A DNA stretch of 64,000 nt from Candidatus Methylacidiphilales bacterium. GTDB taxonomy: Bacteria > Pseudomonadota > Gammaproteobacteria > JASGCS01. Below are positions 21,426-31,168 of this stretch, one piece after another (the stretch's first letter is position 1; every line of letters starts with the position of its first letter). The notes beneath the pieces are model-generated. The model saw only the letters and a list, made by a program, of their open reading frames with translations, was not told the DNA's origin and searched no databases. The position numbers and the translations under genes were made by a program. The stretch spans positions 342,280 to 406,279 of the forward strand of contig JASGCS010000001.1 of the NCBI GenBank assembly GCA_030054035.1. The letters run 5' to 3'.

Positions 21426-22057
21426 GTGAATAATCAAATTATAGCTAATACAATCATTGAAGGGAACTACGCCCCTCTCATCAAAGACAATGTAGACACT
21501 GATCAAATTATACCATCTTCGGAAATGAAACTACCCTCTAAACGAGGTCTAGGTATAGGTTTATTTGCAAATCAAAGATACAACAACACTATCACACGTG
21601 ATCCAAATCCCCTTTTTATCCTTAATCAACCTAATTTTCAAGAAATAACTATTTTGGTGTCAGGGTTGAATTTTGGTTGCGGCTCATCAAGGGAGCATGC
21701 AGTATGGGCATTAAAATTTATTTTTCCAAAAACAGTGCTTATTATCTGAAGATCAATGTCTATGGAGATTCTATTTTTACCTACTGTATTGCAAATCTCA
21801 TTCTCCCAATCATTGTTTCGAAAGATGTCGTTTTGCTGTTTTCTGAAAATACAGTAGGTAAAAATAGAATCTCCATAGACATTGATCTTCAGATAATAAG
21901 CACTGTTTTTGGAAAAATAAATTTTAATATAGAAAAAGAAGTGAAAAATAAATTTATTCTGGGTGAAGATTCGATATCAAGTCTCCTCAATAATTTTACA
22001 AGCACCATTGATGAGCATGAAAGAAAAAATAAAATAACTAAACCTTGGTTATTCTAA
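21426..22057 (+). pseudogene. leuD: 3-isopropylmalate dehydratase small subunit, frameshifted
   Basis: ORF 21426..21749 carries the LeuD N-terminal part (DNVDTDQIIP…NFGCGSSREHAVWAL); ORF 21677..22057 in another frame continues with LeuD middle and C-terminus (GIKIY…, ISIDIDLQ…, ILGEDSISSLL…DEHER…KPW). The frame switches around 21705-21720. No leuC adjacent. Confidence 0.7.
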
Positions 22058-22067
22058 TTTCAAGATG

Positions 22068-22144
22068 TGGCGGAGTGGACGGGGCTCGAACCCGCGACCC
22101 CCGGCGTGACAGGCCGGTATTCTAACCAACTGAACTACCACTCC
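22068..22144 (-). tRNA. tRNA-Asp (anticodon GUC)
   Basis: Reverse complement GGAGTGGTAGTTCAGTTGGTTAGAATACCGGCCTGTCACGCCGGGGGTCGCGGGTTCGAGCCCCGTCCACTCCGCCA; cloverleaf and anticodon loop CTGTCAC read by eye. Confidence 0.9.
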
Positions 22145-22148
22145 ATCT

Positions 22149-22223
22149 TGGTGGGTACTGTGGGATTCGAACCTACGACCCCCGCCTTGTAAGGGCGATG
22201 CTCTACCGCTGAGCTAAGCACCC
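22149..22223 (-). tRNA. tRNA-Val (anticodon UAC)
   Basis: Reverse complement GGGTGCTTAGCTCAGCGGTAGAGCATCGCCCTTACAAGGCGGGGGTCGTAGGTTCGAATCCCACAGTACCCACCA; close to enterobacterial tRNA-Val(UAC). Confidence 0.85.
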
Positions 22224-22258
22224 AATATTGGTTTTTAGTTTAGGTATTATATGCGATT

Positions 22259-24682
22259 TTATTGACTTGTATGGAGATTAGAAAAGGTAGAATTTTCATT
22301 TCTATAGTCAGCAGCCTTATTTGTAAGTATCTTGATTTTTTTACCTTCAGTATTAAACAAATGGATAAAAGAGTCCTCGAACCATTGAAGCGGAATAATA
22401 TCAAGTCCTGATTTTATATCATCTGGAATATCTTCAAGCTGATGGGCGTTTTCCGCAGGAATAAGAACTTTTTTAATCTTTGCCCGTTGCGCAGCAAGTA
22501 GCTTTTCACGTAATCCACCTATAGGCAAAATTGATCCTCGTAAAGTTACTTCACCTGTCATAGCCACATCTGAGTATACAGGAATATTTAAAACTGCAGA
22601 GAAAAGCGCAACAGTCATCCCTAAGCCAGCTGATGGACCATCTTTTGGAATTGCACCCTCTGGTACATGGACATGGAAATCATGTTCATTAAAATAATGC
22701 AGTGGGATAGTCTTATCAAAATCATGGATATGTCTTTTAATTATTGTGAGGGCGGTATCTATGGATTCTTTCATAACATTTCCTAATGAACCGGTATATC
22801 GAGTACCACCTCTGCCAAATATTGTTGTCGCTTCAATATGAAGAATATCACCGCCAAACTCCGTCCATGCTAAGCCTGTGACTTGACCAATAATTGAATT
22901 TGGTTTATCAAATTGATACCTATATTTTCTAACACCTAAATATTTTTTAACATCTGATTTTAATAATGTTTTTTTAATTTTATCTTTAAGTTCATCACGC
23001 AAAGATACATCGTTCTGGTGTTCAAAAACATGCTTCCTAGAAATTTTGGCAATTGATCGTTCTAATTGTCGAACACCTGATTCCCTCGTGTAGAACTGTA
23101 TAATCTCATATATGACCTCTTGATGAAGCTCTAGTTCGTTAGCTTGAATTCCATGTAGTTTTTGCTGCTTTGGAATTAAATGGTTATTTGCGATATGAAA
23201 TTTTTCGTGGTCACTATATCCATACAAGTGAATAATCTCCAAACGATCAAGTAGTGGCTTTGGCATATCAAGAGTGTTTGCGGTAGTGATAAAAAGTACT
23301 TCGGAAAGATCGAAAGAAACCTCAGTATAATGATCTACAAACTGTGAATTTTGTTCTGGATCCAACACTTCAAGCAATGCAGATGCTGGATCTCCTCTAA
23401 AATCACTTCCCATCTTATCAATTTCATCAATAAGTATAACTGGATTTTTTACTTTTACTTTTATTAAATTTTGAATAATTCTTCCTGGCATTGAACCTAT
23501 ATAAGTTCTTCTGTGCCCTCGAATTTCTGACTCGTCTCTAACGCCTCCTACCGAAAACTTGATAAATTCCCTGTTTGTTGCCAGTGCGATCGACCTAGCA
23601 AGAGATGTTTTTCCAACTCCTGGAGGACCAACAAAGCATAATATGGATCCTGCAGTTTTATTAGTCCGTTTTTGAACAGCGAGATATTCAAGCACTCTGG
23701 TTTTTAATTCAACTAATGCATAATGCTCACTGTCTAAAATTCTTTTTGCTTTATTCAAATCATTCGATAACTTAGATCTTAATTGCCATGGAAGTTGAAT
23801 AAGATGATGGAGGTACGTCTTTACGACTGAGGCTTCTGGGGACGAGGCTGAAAATGTTTTAAGTCGAGCTAATTCTTTCCTTGCTTTGTCTGACGCTTCT
23901 ACTGACATTTTAGAATCAATAATTTGTTGTTCCAAATCTGTAAAATCTTTACTTTCTTGATACTCATCACTTAGCTCTTTTTGCAATGCCCTAATTTGCT
24001 CATGAATAAAATAATCTTTTTGATTTTTTTCAATTTGGCTAAATATTTTATGTTTAATTTTTTGATCTAAAAGCAATGAGTCGACAGTATTTTTTAATAA
24101 ATCTAATATCATTTCGTACTGCTCTTGAATTGTTTCTATTGAAAGTAGCTCTTGCTTTTGCGAAACATCAACATCAAGTTTAGCTGACACTGTGTTAAGT
24201 AAAACCTCATCGCTATCAATAGACTCCAGCTGGGTTATCAATTGATCATTATTAGCATTTGGAATAATTGTCAATAGATTTTGTAAACTTATTAACAACT
24301 CTCCTCTTTGTGCATCAGTCAGAATTGATCCTGAATCGTGGTGTTTAAATTGACGAGCATTAACATTAAGATAACCAAAATCATACAAATCCTCAATTAG
24401 CATTCTATAATGCCCTTCCAATGTCACTCGATAAGTACCTGTTCCAGACTTAATTACTTTAATTATTGTAGCTAACACACCAACGACATAAATTTCTTCA
24501 AATTGTGGTAACTCAGTTTCTGGATCGGTCTGAAGGCTTACAATTATTGGTCTGTTATCACGCTGTGACTCAAAAATTGATTTTACCGACCTTTCTCTGC
24601 CAACAATTATATCTATAGTTGTATTTGGGAAAAGCACAACGTCTCGCAAGGGTAAATACGGAATATGCAAATAATCAGACAT
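22259..24682 (-). CDS. lon: ATP-dependent protease Lon
   Basis: 807 aa; Walker A GPPGVGKTS, C-terminal protease domain with catalytic Ser (PKDGPSAG); follows clpX. Confidence 0.9.
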   Translation of the reverse strand: MSDYLHIPYLPLRDVVLFPNTTIDIIVGRERSVKSIFESQRDNRPIIVSLQTDPETELPQFEEIYVVGVLATIIKVIKSGTGTYRVTLEGHYRMLIEDLYDFGYLNVNARQFKHHDSGSILTDAQRGELLISLQNLLTIIPNANNDQLITQLESIDSDEVLLNTVSAKLDVDVSQKQELLSIETIQEQYEMILDLLKNTVDSLLLDQKIKHKIFSQIEKNQKDYFIHEQIRALQKELSDEYQESKDFTDLEQQIIDSKMSVEASDKARKELARLKTFSASSPEASVVKTYLHHLIQLPWQLRSKLSNDLNKAKRILDSEHYALVELKTRVLEYLAVQKRTNKTAGSILCFVGPPGVGKTSLARSIALATNREFIKFSVGGVRDESEIRGHRRTYIGSMPGRIIQNLIKVKVKNPVILIDEIDKMGSDFRGDPASALLEVLDPEQNSQFVDHYTEVSFDLSEVLFITTANTLDMPKPLLDRLEIIHLYGYSDHEKFHIANNHLIPKQQKLHGIQANELELHQEVIYEIIQFYTRESGVRQLERSIAKISRKHVFEHQNDVSLRDELKDKIKKTLLKSDVKKYLGVRKYRYQFDKPNSIIGQVTGLAWTEFGGDILHIEATTIFGRGGTRYTGSLGNVMKESIDTALTIIKRHIHDFDKTIPLHYFNEHDFHVHVPEGAIPKDGPSAGLGMTVALFSAVLNIPVYSDVAMTGEVTLRGSILPIGGLREKLLAAQRAKIKKVLIPAENAHQLEDIPDDIKSGLDIIPLQWFEDSFIHLFNTEGKKIKILTNKAADYRNENSTFSNLHTSQ

Positions 24683-24694
24683 TAAATTACTAAT

Positions 24695-26014
24695 TTAAAC
24701 TGCTTTTTTTTCGATTTCATAAATTGAATTATCTTGTTTAAACTCACTATAAAATTGTTGCGGTTTGATTTCATCATGAATACAAAGAGGTTTGATTTCT
24801 TCTAAAACGCATTTTTCATCCACTACAATTTTTGTAGTGCCTTTATCATGTGGAAGATCGTACATTGTATCAAGTAAAATTTTCTCAACTATAGATCGTA
24901 GCCCTCTTGCTCCAGTGCTATTAATAAGGGCTTTTCTAGCAATTGCTATAAGAGCAGACTCTGAAAAATCTAATGTAACGCCATCCATAGAAAATAATTT
25001 TTTAAATTGTCTTACGATAGAATTTTTTGGTTCAATTAGTATTTTTACAAGTGTTGATTCATCAAGCTCATCCAACACAGCAACGACTGGAAGCCTGCCT
25101 ACAAACTCAGGAATTAGGCCATATTTAATTAAGTCATCAGATTGTACATCTTTCATAAAATATATATCTTTATCTGGCATATCAGTATTGTTACTTGTGT
25201 CGTTCGAAATAAATCCAATTCCACTCTTTGAACTTCTCTGCTTGATAATTTTTTCTAAACCAGAAAAAGCTCCGCCACAAATAAATAAAATGTTTTTAGT
25301 ATCAATCTGAATAAACTCTTGATGCGGGTGTTTTCTCCCGCCTTGGGGTGGCACAGAAGACACAGTACCTTCAATTAATTTGAGCAATGCTTGCTGAACC
25401 CCTTCGCCTGAAACATCCCTTGTAATTGATGGATTATCAGATTTTCTAGCAATTTTATCTATTTCATCAATATACACTATGCCTTTTTGTGCCTTCAGTA
25501 CATCGCCATTTGAATTTTGTAAAAGTCGCTGGAGAATATTTTCGACATCTTCACCAACATATCCGGCTTCGGTGAGCGTAGTTGCATCAGCAATCGCAAA
25601 AGGCACATTTAATCTTTTTGCCAATGTTTCAGCTAATAAAGTTTTTCCGGATCCGGTTGGGCCAATAAGTAAAATATTACTTTTACCCAACTCGACATCT
25701 TGTGTGTCCTTGTCGGTTTGATGGTAAAGTCTCTTATAATGATTATAAACACAAACTGCTAAAACACGTTTAGCAAAATCTTGTCCAATAACATAAAGAT
25801 CTAAATACTCTTTTACATCTTTTGGCAAAAAACTTTCAAAGGAAGTGGAGGTGTCTTTACTATTATTAAGCTCTTCGGAAAGTATTTCAGTGCACATAAC
25901 AATACACTCATCACAAATATAAACTTGCGGGCCAGAAATTAGTTTTTTAACCTCTCTTTGAGATTTTCTACAAAACGAGCAAACAAAATGTGTTGATTTA
26001 TTATCAGAATCCAT
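24695..26014 (-). CDS. clpX: ATP-dependent Clp protease ATP-binding subunit ClpX
   Basis: 439 aa; N-terminal zinc-binding CSFC…CDEC, Walker A GPTGSGKT. Confidence 0.9.
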   Translation of the reverse strand: MDSDNKSTHFVCSFCRKSQREVKKLISGPQVYICDECIVMCTEILSEELNNSKDTSTSFESFLPKDVKEYLDLYVIGQDFAKRVLAVCVYNHYKRLYHQTDKDTQDVELGKSNILLIGPTGSGKTLLAETLAKRLNVPFAIADATTLTEAGYVGEDVENILQRLLQNSNGDVLKAQKGIVYIDEIDKIARKSDNPSITRDVSGEGVQQALLKLIEGTVSSVPPQGGRKHPHQEFIQIDTKNILFICGGAFSGLEKIIKQRSSKSGIGFISNDTSNNTDMPDKDIYFMKDVQSDDLIKYGLIPEFVGRLPVVAVLDELDESTLVKILIEPKNSIVRQFKKLFSMDGVTLDFSESALIAIARKALINSTGARGLRSIVEKILLDTMYDLPHDKGTTKIVVDEKCVLEEIKPLCIHDEIKPQQFYSEFKQDNSIYEIEKKAV

Positions 26015-26019
26015 ATAGA

Positions 26020-26643
26020 TTATACCGAACCTGCGTCGCCAGAAGCAACTCTAGTGCTCAAAACCTTATCGACAATACCATACGCACAAGCCTCAGTACT
26101 GTTAAGAAAATAATCTCTGTCAGTATCTTGTTCAATTTTTTGAAGAGGTTGTTCAGTATGCTCAGCCAATATAGTATTCAGCACAGCTTTTATTTTAATA
26201 ATTTCTTGGGCATGAATACTAATATCAGAAGCTTGGCCTTGAAAGCCTCCCAAGGGTTGATGGATCATTATTCTGGAATTGGGTAAAGCAAATCTTTTCC
26301 CTTTTTTACCTGACGCTAAAAGCAAAGCTCCCATACTTGCAGCCTGACCAATACATAGTGTGCTGATATCAGGTGAAATAAATTTCATAGTATCATATAT
26401 ACACATACCCGCAGACACCGATCCACCTGGAGAGTTTATATAGAGATAGATATCTTTTTTTGGATTTTCTGATTCCAAAAAAAGCATCTGGGCTACAACT
26501 ACATTCGCAACATAATCATCAATAGGCCCTACTAAAAAAATTAAACGCTCACGTAACAATCTAGAGTAGATATCAAATGCCCTTTCACCTCGTGAGGATT
26601 GCTCTACGACAATTGGAACATACTGTGAAAAAGTTTTATTCAT
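26020..26643 (-). CDS. clpP: ATP-dependent Clp protease proteolytic subunit
   Basis: 207 aa; catalytic Ser region GQAASMGA, His region IMIHQPLGG. Confidence 0.9.
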   Translation of the reverse strand: MNKTFSQYVPIVVEQSSRGERAFDIYSRLLRERLIFLVGPIDDYVANVVVAQMLFLESENPKKDIYLYINSPGGSVSAGMCIYDTMKFISPDISTLCIGQAASMGALLLASGKKGKRFALPNSRIMIHQPLGGFQGQASDISIHAQEIIKIKAVLNTILAEHTEQPLQKIEQDTDRDYFLNSTEACAYGIVDKVLSTRVASGDAGSV

Positions 26644-27686
26644 TTATTATTAGTATCTATGAGATCACTTAATTTAACTGGTTTACTGACTATCTTAACT
26701 CTATTAAATATATGGTCTACAAATTCTATTTCAAGGGCAATAGTAAAAAAGTAATTTCTCCAATAATCATTCTGCACTAATTGCCTTATGGCTTTTTCAG
26801 GATCTTGGGTGCTTTGTGCAGTTTGAGATATTAATTTTTTAATAACTTCTTGTTTTGGAATGATGTTAAAATTATTTACTATATGTTTCAAAATCCAGTC
26901 TGACTTTAATCGTTTCTCAATTAAAGTTTTAGTAAAGGAATCCAGTTCAACATGCTTATCACATGGCTCTTCGGCTTTATGAGTATGACCTGCTTTTTCA
27001 TGTAATTCATGTCCTAAACGACGCTCTTCAGTTGTTATTGCTTTAGCTAAGATTGAAGGAGGTAGTGAAAATTGAAATTCGTTAAGTAAAGCTTCAAGAA
27101 TTGATTCTTTATTTTTCTGAAACAATTTAAATTCGACTTCTTGGAGTAACGTTTGCTTAATTGCTAAATCAAATTTTTGCTCGGCGTCATCACCAATAAA
27201 GCCCAATTTTTCAAATGCTATTTGACTTTGATCATTACCATGTTCTTTAATAACTTTTTCTTTCATTGAAGTAAAATCGCTTTGATTTATTGAGTACTCA
27301 AACTTGGTAATTTCTAAGCTTTCTAATGAAAGTAAATTAATTTCGGGTGAAAGTTCATAAAAATAATCTATGCTTAAAATTTTATTTTTTATATCTAGTT
27401 TTGGATTATACATCGGCTGAGTTGCAAGAACAATGTTTTTATTTGAAGCCAAATAATCGCTCCAACATCGTAAGGAAATATCTTTAATTGCTTGATCTTG
27501 TAAGGTTTCGGTATATTTCTTTAGTAATATTTCATCTGGAACTTTACCTTTTCTAAAACCATCAATCGCAACTGTTTGTTTCAAATGGACTAGCTGTTTT
27601 TGCATAGATTTATCAAACTCTTCCCAAGAAACAGAAAATACTACTTCTCTCTCTAGTTGCGATATTTCTTTAACTTCATAACTCAT
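26640..27686 (-). CDS. tig: Trigger factor, apparently lacking the central PPIase domain
   Basis: N-terminal ribosome-binding signature GFRKGKVP present; 348 aa versus about 430 aa in typical bacteria; tig-clpP-clpX-lon synteny. Confidence 0.8.
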   Translation of the reverse strand: MSYEVKEISQLEREVVFSVSWEEFDKSMQKQLVHLKQTVAIDGFRKGKVPDEILLKKYTETLQDQAIKDISLRCWSDYLASNKNIVLATQPMYNPKLDIKNKILSIDYFYELSPEINLLSLESLEITKFEYSINQSDFTSMKEKVIKEHGNDQSQIAFEKLGFIGDDAEQKFDLAIKQTLLQEVEFKLFQKNKESILEALLNEFQFSLPPSILAKAITTEERRLGHELHEKAGHTHKAEEPCDKHVELDSFTKTLIEKRLKSDWILKHIVNNFNIIPKQEVIKKLISQTAQSTQDPEKAIRQLVQNDYWRNYFFTIALEIEFVDHIFNRVKIVSKPVKLSDLIDTNNK

Positions 27687-27699
27687 ATTATTTCCTAGT

Positions 27700-27784
<85 letters not shown>

Positions 27785-27796
27785 TTTAATTCAAAC

Positions 27797-27872
<76 letters not shown>

Positions 27873-27903
27873 ACTTTTTTTTATTTTACCCCTAATTATA
27901 GAA

Positions 27904-27980
27904 TGGGGTGAGCGATGGGGCTCGAACCCACGACCACTGGATCCACAATCCAGAGCTCTACCGACTGAGCTACGCTCACC
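27904..27980 (-). tRNA. tRNA-His (anticodon GUG) with G-1
   Basis: Reverse complement GGTGAGCGTAGCTCAGTCGGTAGAGCTCTGGATTGTGGATCCAGTGGTCGTGGGTTCGAGCCCCATCGCTCACCCCA; extra 5' G typical of tRNA-His. Confidence 0.85.
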
Positions 27981-27995
27981 ATTGTATCAATAGTA

Positions 27996-28071
27996 TGGCG
28001 CGCCCGGCAGGAATCGAACCTGCAACCACCGGCTTAGAAGGCAGGTGCTCTATCCGTTGAGCTACGGACGC
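27996..28071 (-). tRNA. tRNA-Arg (anticodon UCU)
   Basis: Reverse complement GCGTCCGTAGCTCAACGGATAGAGCACCTGCCTTCTAAGCCGGTGGTTGCAGGTTCGATTCCTGCCGGGCGCGCCA; resembles argU-type tRNA. Confidence 0.8.
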
Positions 28072-28079
28072 ATGTATTA

Positions 28080-28156
28080 TGGTCGGGGCAGAGAGATTCG
28101 AACTCCCGACCCTCTGCTCCCAAAGCAGATGCGCTACCAGACTGCGCTATGCCCCG
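28080..28156 (-). tRNA. tRNA-Pro (anticodon UGG)
   Basis: Reverse complement CGGGGCATAGCGCAGTCTGGTAGCGCATCTGCTTTGGGAGCAGAGGGTCGGGAGTTCGAATCTCTCTGCCCCGACCA. Confidence 0.85.
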
Positions 28157-28182
28157 AGTATAATATCGTACGATATTATACT

Positions 28183-29082
28183 ATGCCTAAAAATAAATCA
28201 ATTGATAGCATTATGCTTGATGGAAATTTTTGTTCAGAGCAGATTCTAAAGGAACTACGCACTTGGATTAAACAATTACTTTTAAATGGCATTAGATTGC
28301 CATCTTTAACTGTGTTTCTAATTGGTGATAATGACGCGAGTAAAATTTATGTGCAGAAAAAAATACAAGCTTGCAACTCATTAGGTATTCAATGTAATTT
28401 AAAACAATTTTCAAATAATATTAAAATTGAAGAAATATTATCAGAAATTGATTATTGCAACACTGACCAAAACACTGATGGAATACTTGTACAATTACCT
28501 TTGCCAAGCCACTTATCCACACTTGAAATCTGTTCACGAATTTCTCCCTCTAAAGATATAGATGGTTTTAACCCTCAAAATGTTGGGAGGTTGGCATTAC
28601 GATCTCCGCAGTTAAGACCCTGTACCCCCAAAGGAGTGATGGCACTTTTAGATTTCTATAAAATTTCACCTGAATCAAAACATGCAGTAGTGGTTGGAGT
28701 ATCAAATCTAGTTGGAAGACCGCTTGCTTTGGAGCTTTTATTAAAGGGCGCTACAGTTACTTGCTGCCATAGATTAACCAATAAGTTAGAAGAGCATGTC
28801 AAAAAGGCTGATTTGCTTTGCGTTGCAACTGGCAAAAGAAATATTATTGATTGTGAGTGGATTCCAAGGCAATGCACAGTAATAGATATTGGCATAAATA
28901 GAGATAGTAGCGGTAAAATTGTTGGCGATCTTGATCAAGAGAAATTGGTAGGAAATGTATACGCATACACACCTGTACCTGGAGGGATTGGGCCAATGAC
29001 GGTAACAATGGTGTTAGTAAACACACTCGAGGCACATAGCACACACCTAAATTTACAGTTTATATCTCCAACTAGTACCTAA
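28183..29082 (+). CDS. folD: Bifunctional methylenetetrahydrofolate dehydrogenase / methenyl-THF cyclohydrolase
   Basis: FolD motifs (DGILVQLPLP, DVDGFNPQNVGRL, PCTPKG, VGRPLALELL, TPVPGGIGPMTV). Start set at the ATG at 28183; the track extension to 28045 overlaps two tRNA genes. Confidence 0.85.
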   Translation: MPKNKSIDSIMLDGNFCSEQILKELRTWIKQLLLNGIRLPSLTVFLIGDNDASKIYVQKKIQACNSLGIQCNLKQFSNNIKIEEILSEIDYCNTDQNTDGILVQLPLPSHLSTLEICSRISPSKDIDGFNPQNVGRLALRSPQLRPCTPKGVMALLDFYKISPESKHAVVVGVSNLVGRPLALELLLKGATVTCCHRLTNKLEEHVKKADLLCVATGKRNIIDCEWIPRQCTVIDIGINRDSSGKIVGDLDQEKLVGNVYAYTPVPGGIGPMTVTMVLVNTLEAHSTHLNLQFISPTST

Positions 29083-30432
29083 GGGACCATCTTCAAGTAT
29101 CACACCTTGCTCTAGTAAGTCATTTCTAATAATGTCAGAATTTTTGTAGTCGCCATTAGTTCTATATATATTTCTTTTTGCTACTAATTCTTCAATATTA
29201 GCTTTTGAAATGTTAGATTTTATCGTAGTTTCACTAAATAATCCAAGATAAGAACAAAGAATTTTCAAAACAATTGAGAGATGATTAGCAATTTTTAATC
29301 TATTTTTAGATTTATTTGTATGTATTTCATGTGCTAGCAAATGAAGAATTTGTAACGCTTCTGGGGTATTAAAATCATTTAATAAATGGTTTATAAATTC
29401 TTTATAAAATTCATTGTCTGTAATGTCTAATGAGTTTATTTCTACATCTACATGTAATGCTGTTTGAATTTTAGTTAGTTTTTCTACTGCTTGTGAAAGT
29501 GACTTATGATGATAGTTTATGGGACTTCTGTAATGTGTGGATAACATAAAATACCTTAATGTATCTGCGCTATACAATTTTCTAAATTGCTTAATTAATA
29601 AGGTATTACCTAGTGATTTACTCATTTTTTTATTATCATAATTAACAAAACCAACATGGAGCCAATGTGATGCAAATGTTTTATTTGTTATTGATTCAGT
29701 TTGAGCAATCTCGTTTTCATGGTGTGGAAAAATTAAATCATTACCGCCGCCATGAATATCAATTTGCTCTCCTAGACAAGTTCTAGCCATAGCGCTACAT
29801 TCAATATGCCACCCAGGCCTACCTACTCCAAAAGGTGATTGGTAGCCATAATCAGATGTGTCTACTATTTTCCATAGAGCAAAATCTTCGGGGTGTTTTT
29901 TATTTTCATCGTTTAGGACTCGGACGCCTGAAAACATATCTTCAATACTTCGCTTTGATAATTTTCCATAATCTTTAAAAGCACTAACAGAAAAATAAAT
30001 ATCGCCCTTGGTTGTAGCGTAAGCAACTTTCTTATCGAGAAGAATTTGAATGCACTCAAACATATTTATTAAATATCGAGTAGCAAGTGGTTCTTGAGTT
30101 GGTCTTAACAATCCCAGAGAGTCATAATCCGAATGCATGGAAGCAATATATTGATTTGCAATATCAGCAGGATTGCATTTTCTTTCCTTGGCTTTATTTA
30201 TGATTTTATCATCGACATCAGTTATATTTCGTACATAAACTACAGATAAATTCAATGTTACAAGAAATCTAACTAAAGAATCGAATATCGTAGCAACTCG
30301 AGCATGCCCAATATGACAATCATCATATACGGTAACACCGCAAACATACATTTTGATTACATTATCTTCTAACGGTATTAAAGGTTTTTTTAAAGCTCTA
30401 AGACTATCGTATAATAGGAGTTTATTAACCAT
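29053..30432 (-). CDS. cysS: Cysteine--tRNA ligase
   Basis: 459 aa class I aaRS; HIGH-type motif (CHIGHAR), KMSKS motif, MYVCGVTVYD N-terminal region. Confidence 0.9.
   Translation of the reverse strand: MVNKLLLYDSLRALKKPLIPLEDNVIKMYVCGVTVYDDCHIGHARVATIFDSLVRFLVTLNLSVVYVRNITDVDDKIINKAKERKCNPADIANQYIASMHSDYDSLGLLRPTQEPLATRYLINMFECIQILLDKKVAYATTKGDIYFSVSAFKDYGKLSKRSIEDMFSGVRVLNDENKKHPEDFALWKIVDTSDYGYQSPFGVGRPGWHIECSAMARTCLGEQIDIHGGGNDLIFPHHENEIAQTESITNKTFASHWLHVGFVNYDNKKMSKSLGNTLLIKQFRKLYSADTLRYFMLSTHYRSPINYHHKSLSQAVEKLTKIQTALHVDVEINSLDITDNEFYKEFINHLLNDFNTPEALQILHLLAHEIHTNKSKNRLKIANHLSIVLKILCSYLGLFSETTIKSNISKANIEELVAKRNIYRTNGDYKNSDIIRNDLLEQGVILEDGPLGTSWRYKL
30416..30420 (+). promoter_or_regulatory. 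Shine-Dalgarno sequence (AGGAG) for lpxH, embedded in cysS codons
   Basis: AGGAG lies 10 nt upstream of the lpxH ATG at 30431 and inside the first codons of cysS on the opposite strand. Confidence 0.5.
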
Positions 30433-31162
30433 GAAATATCACTATTTTATTTCTGATATACACTTAACTACCAAAGATACAAATTTATTAAAATCATTTC
30501 ATTCATTCTTAGACAATATTTTAGCCGATTCCGCATCTCTCTATATTTTAGGTGATCTTTTTAATTACTGGATAAGTGAAGAGGAAATACCAGCAGAATT
30601 TATCGATATTTTTGAACACTTAAAAAAATGCGTTGATCAAAATGTGCCGGTTTATTTTATAGTAGGAAATAGGGATTTTTTGATTTCGAATACTTTTTTA
30701 AAACGCTTCGGAATTATACTACTTGCAGATCCTTCAATTATAACCATACAAAATAATATGACCCGCACCATTTGCCTGACACATGGTGATAGTCTTTGCA
30801 CCAACGATGTAAGTTATCAAGTCTTCAAATCCATCTTACGTTCACGCATTGTTCGTAAAGGTATACAAGCGCTCAATCATAAACAAAAACTATACTTAGC
30901 TACATTTCTTAGATTTTTAAGTACCGTAAGCTACAAAATAAAAAAGGGTTTGACAAACTATGATGTAAGTGAATCAGCTATTCTTAAGCTACATAGAAAT
31001 TATAAATTTGATTTATTAATACATGGACATATTCATAAACCCGGAGTTCACTTACTTACTATCGACGATACTTCTGTCACAAGAATAGTGTTAGGTGATT
31101 GGGGGAATTGTTTCAATGTGGTAAAAATGTCAGTAAGTTTTGTAGACCGGCTCACTTGGTAA
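30431..31162 (+). CDS. lpxH: UDP-2,3-diacylglucosamine hydrolase
   Basis: N-terminus FISDIHL (metallophosphatase motif I) and LYILGDLFNYW align with LpxH. ATG at 30431 is preceded by AGGAG at 30416..30420; the upstream track extension would overlap cysS. Confidence 0.8.
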   Translation: MKYHYFISDIHLTTKDTNLLKSFHSFLDNILADSASLYILGDLFNYWISEEEIPAEFIDIFEHLKKCVDQNVPVYFIVGNRDFLISNTFLKRFGIILLADPSIITIQNNMTRTICLTHGDSLCTNDVSYQVFKSILRSRIVRKGIQALNHKQKLYLATFLRFLSTVSYKIKKGLTNYDVSESAILKLHRNYKFDLLIHGHIHKPGVHLLTIDDTSVTRIVLGDWGNCFNVVKMSVSFVDRLTW

Positions 31163-31168
31163 TTATAA

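Noticed and set aside
21677-22057. 126-aa ORF as an independent hypothetical gene
   Set aside because: Its translation matches the middle and C-terminus of LeuD and continues the upstream LeuD N-terminal ORF in a shifted frame, so it is part of a single frameshifted leuD.
24792-25310. 172-aa plus-strand ORF antisense to clpX
   Set aside because: Embedded opposite the strongly supported clpX; Ser/Ile-rich low-complexity translation with no recognisable motifs.
28045-28182. 5' extension of the folD ORF in the track (start at 28045)
   Set aside because: The extension overlaps tRNA-Arg and tRNA-Pro on the opposite strand and has no FolD homology; the homology-supported start is the ATG at 28183.
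30353-30430. 5' extension of the lpxH ORF in the track
   Set aside because: It would overlap the cysS N-terminal codons; LpxH homology begins at MKYHYFISDIHL (ATG 30431), which has an AGGAG 10 nt upstream.
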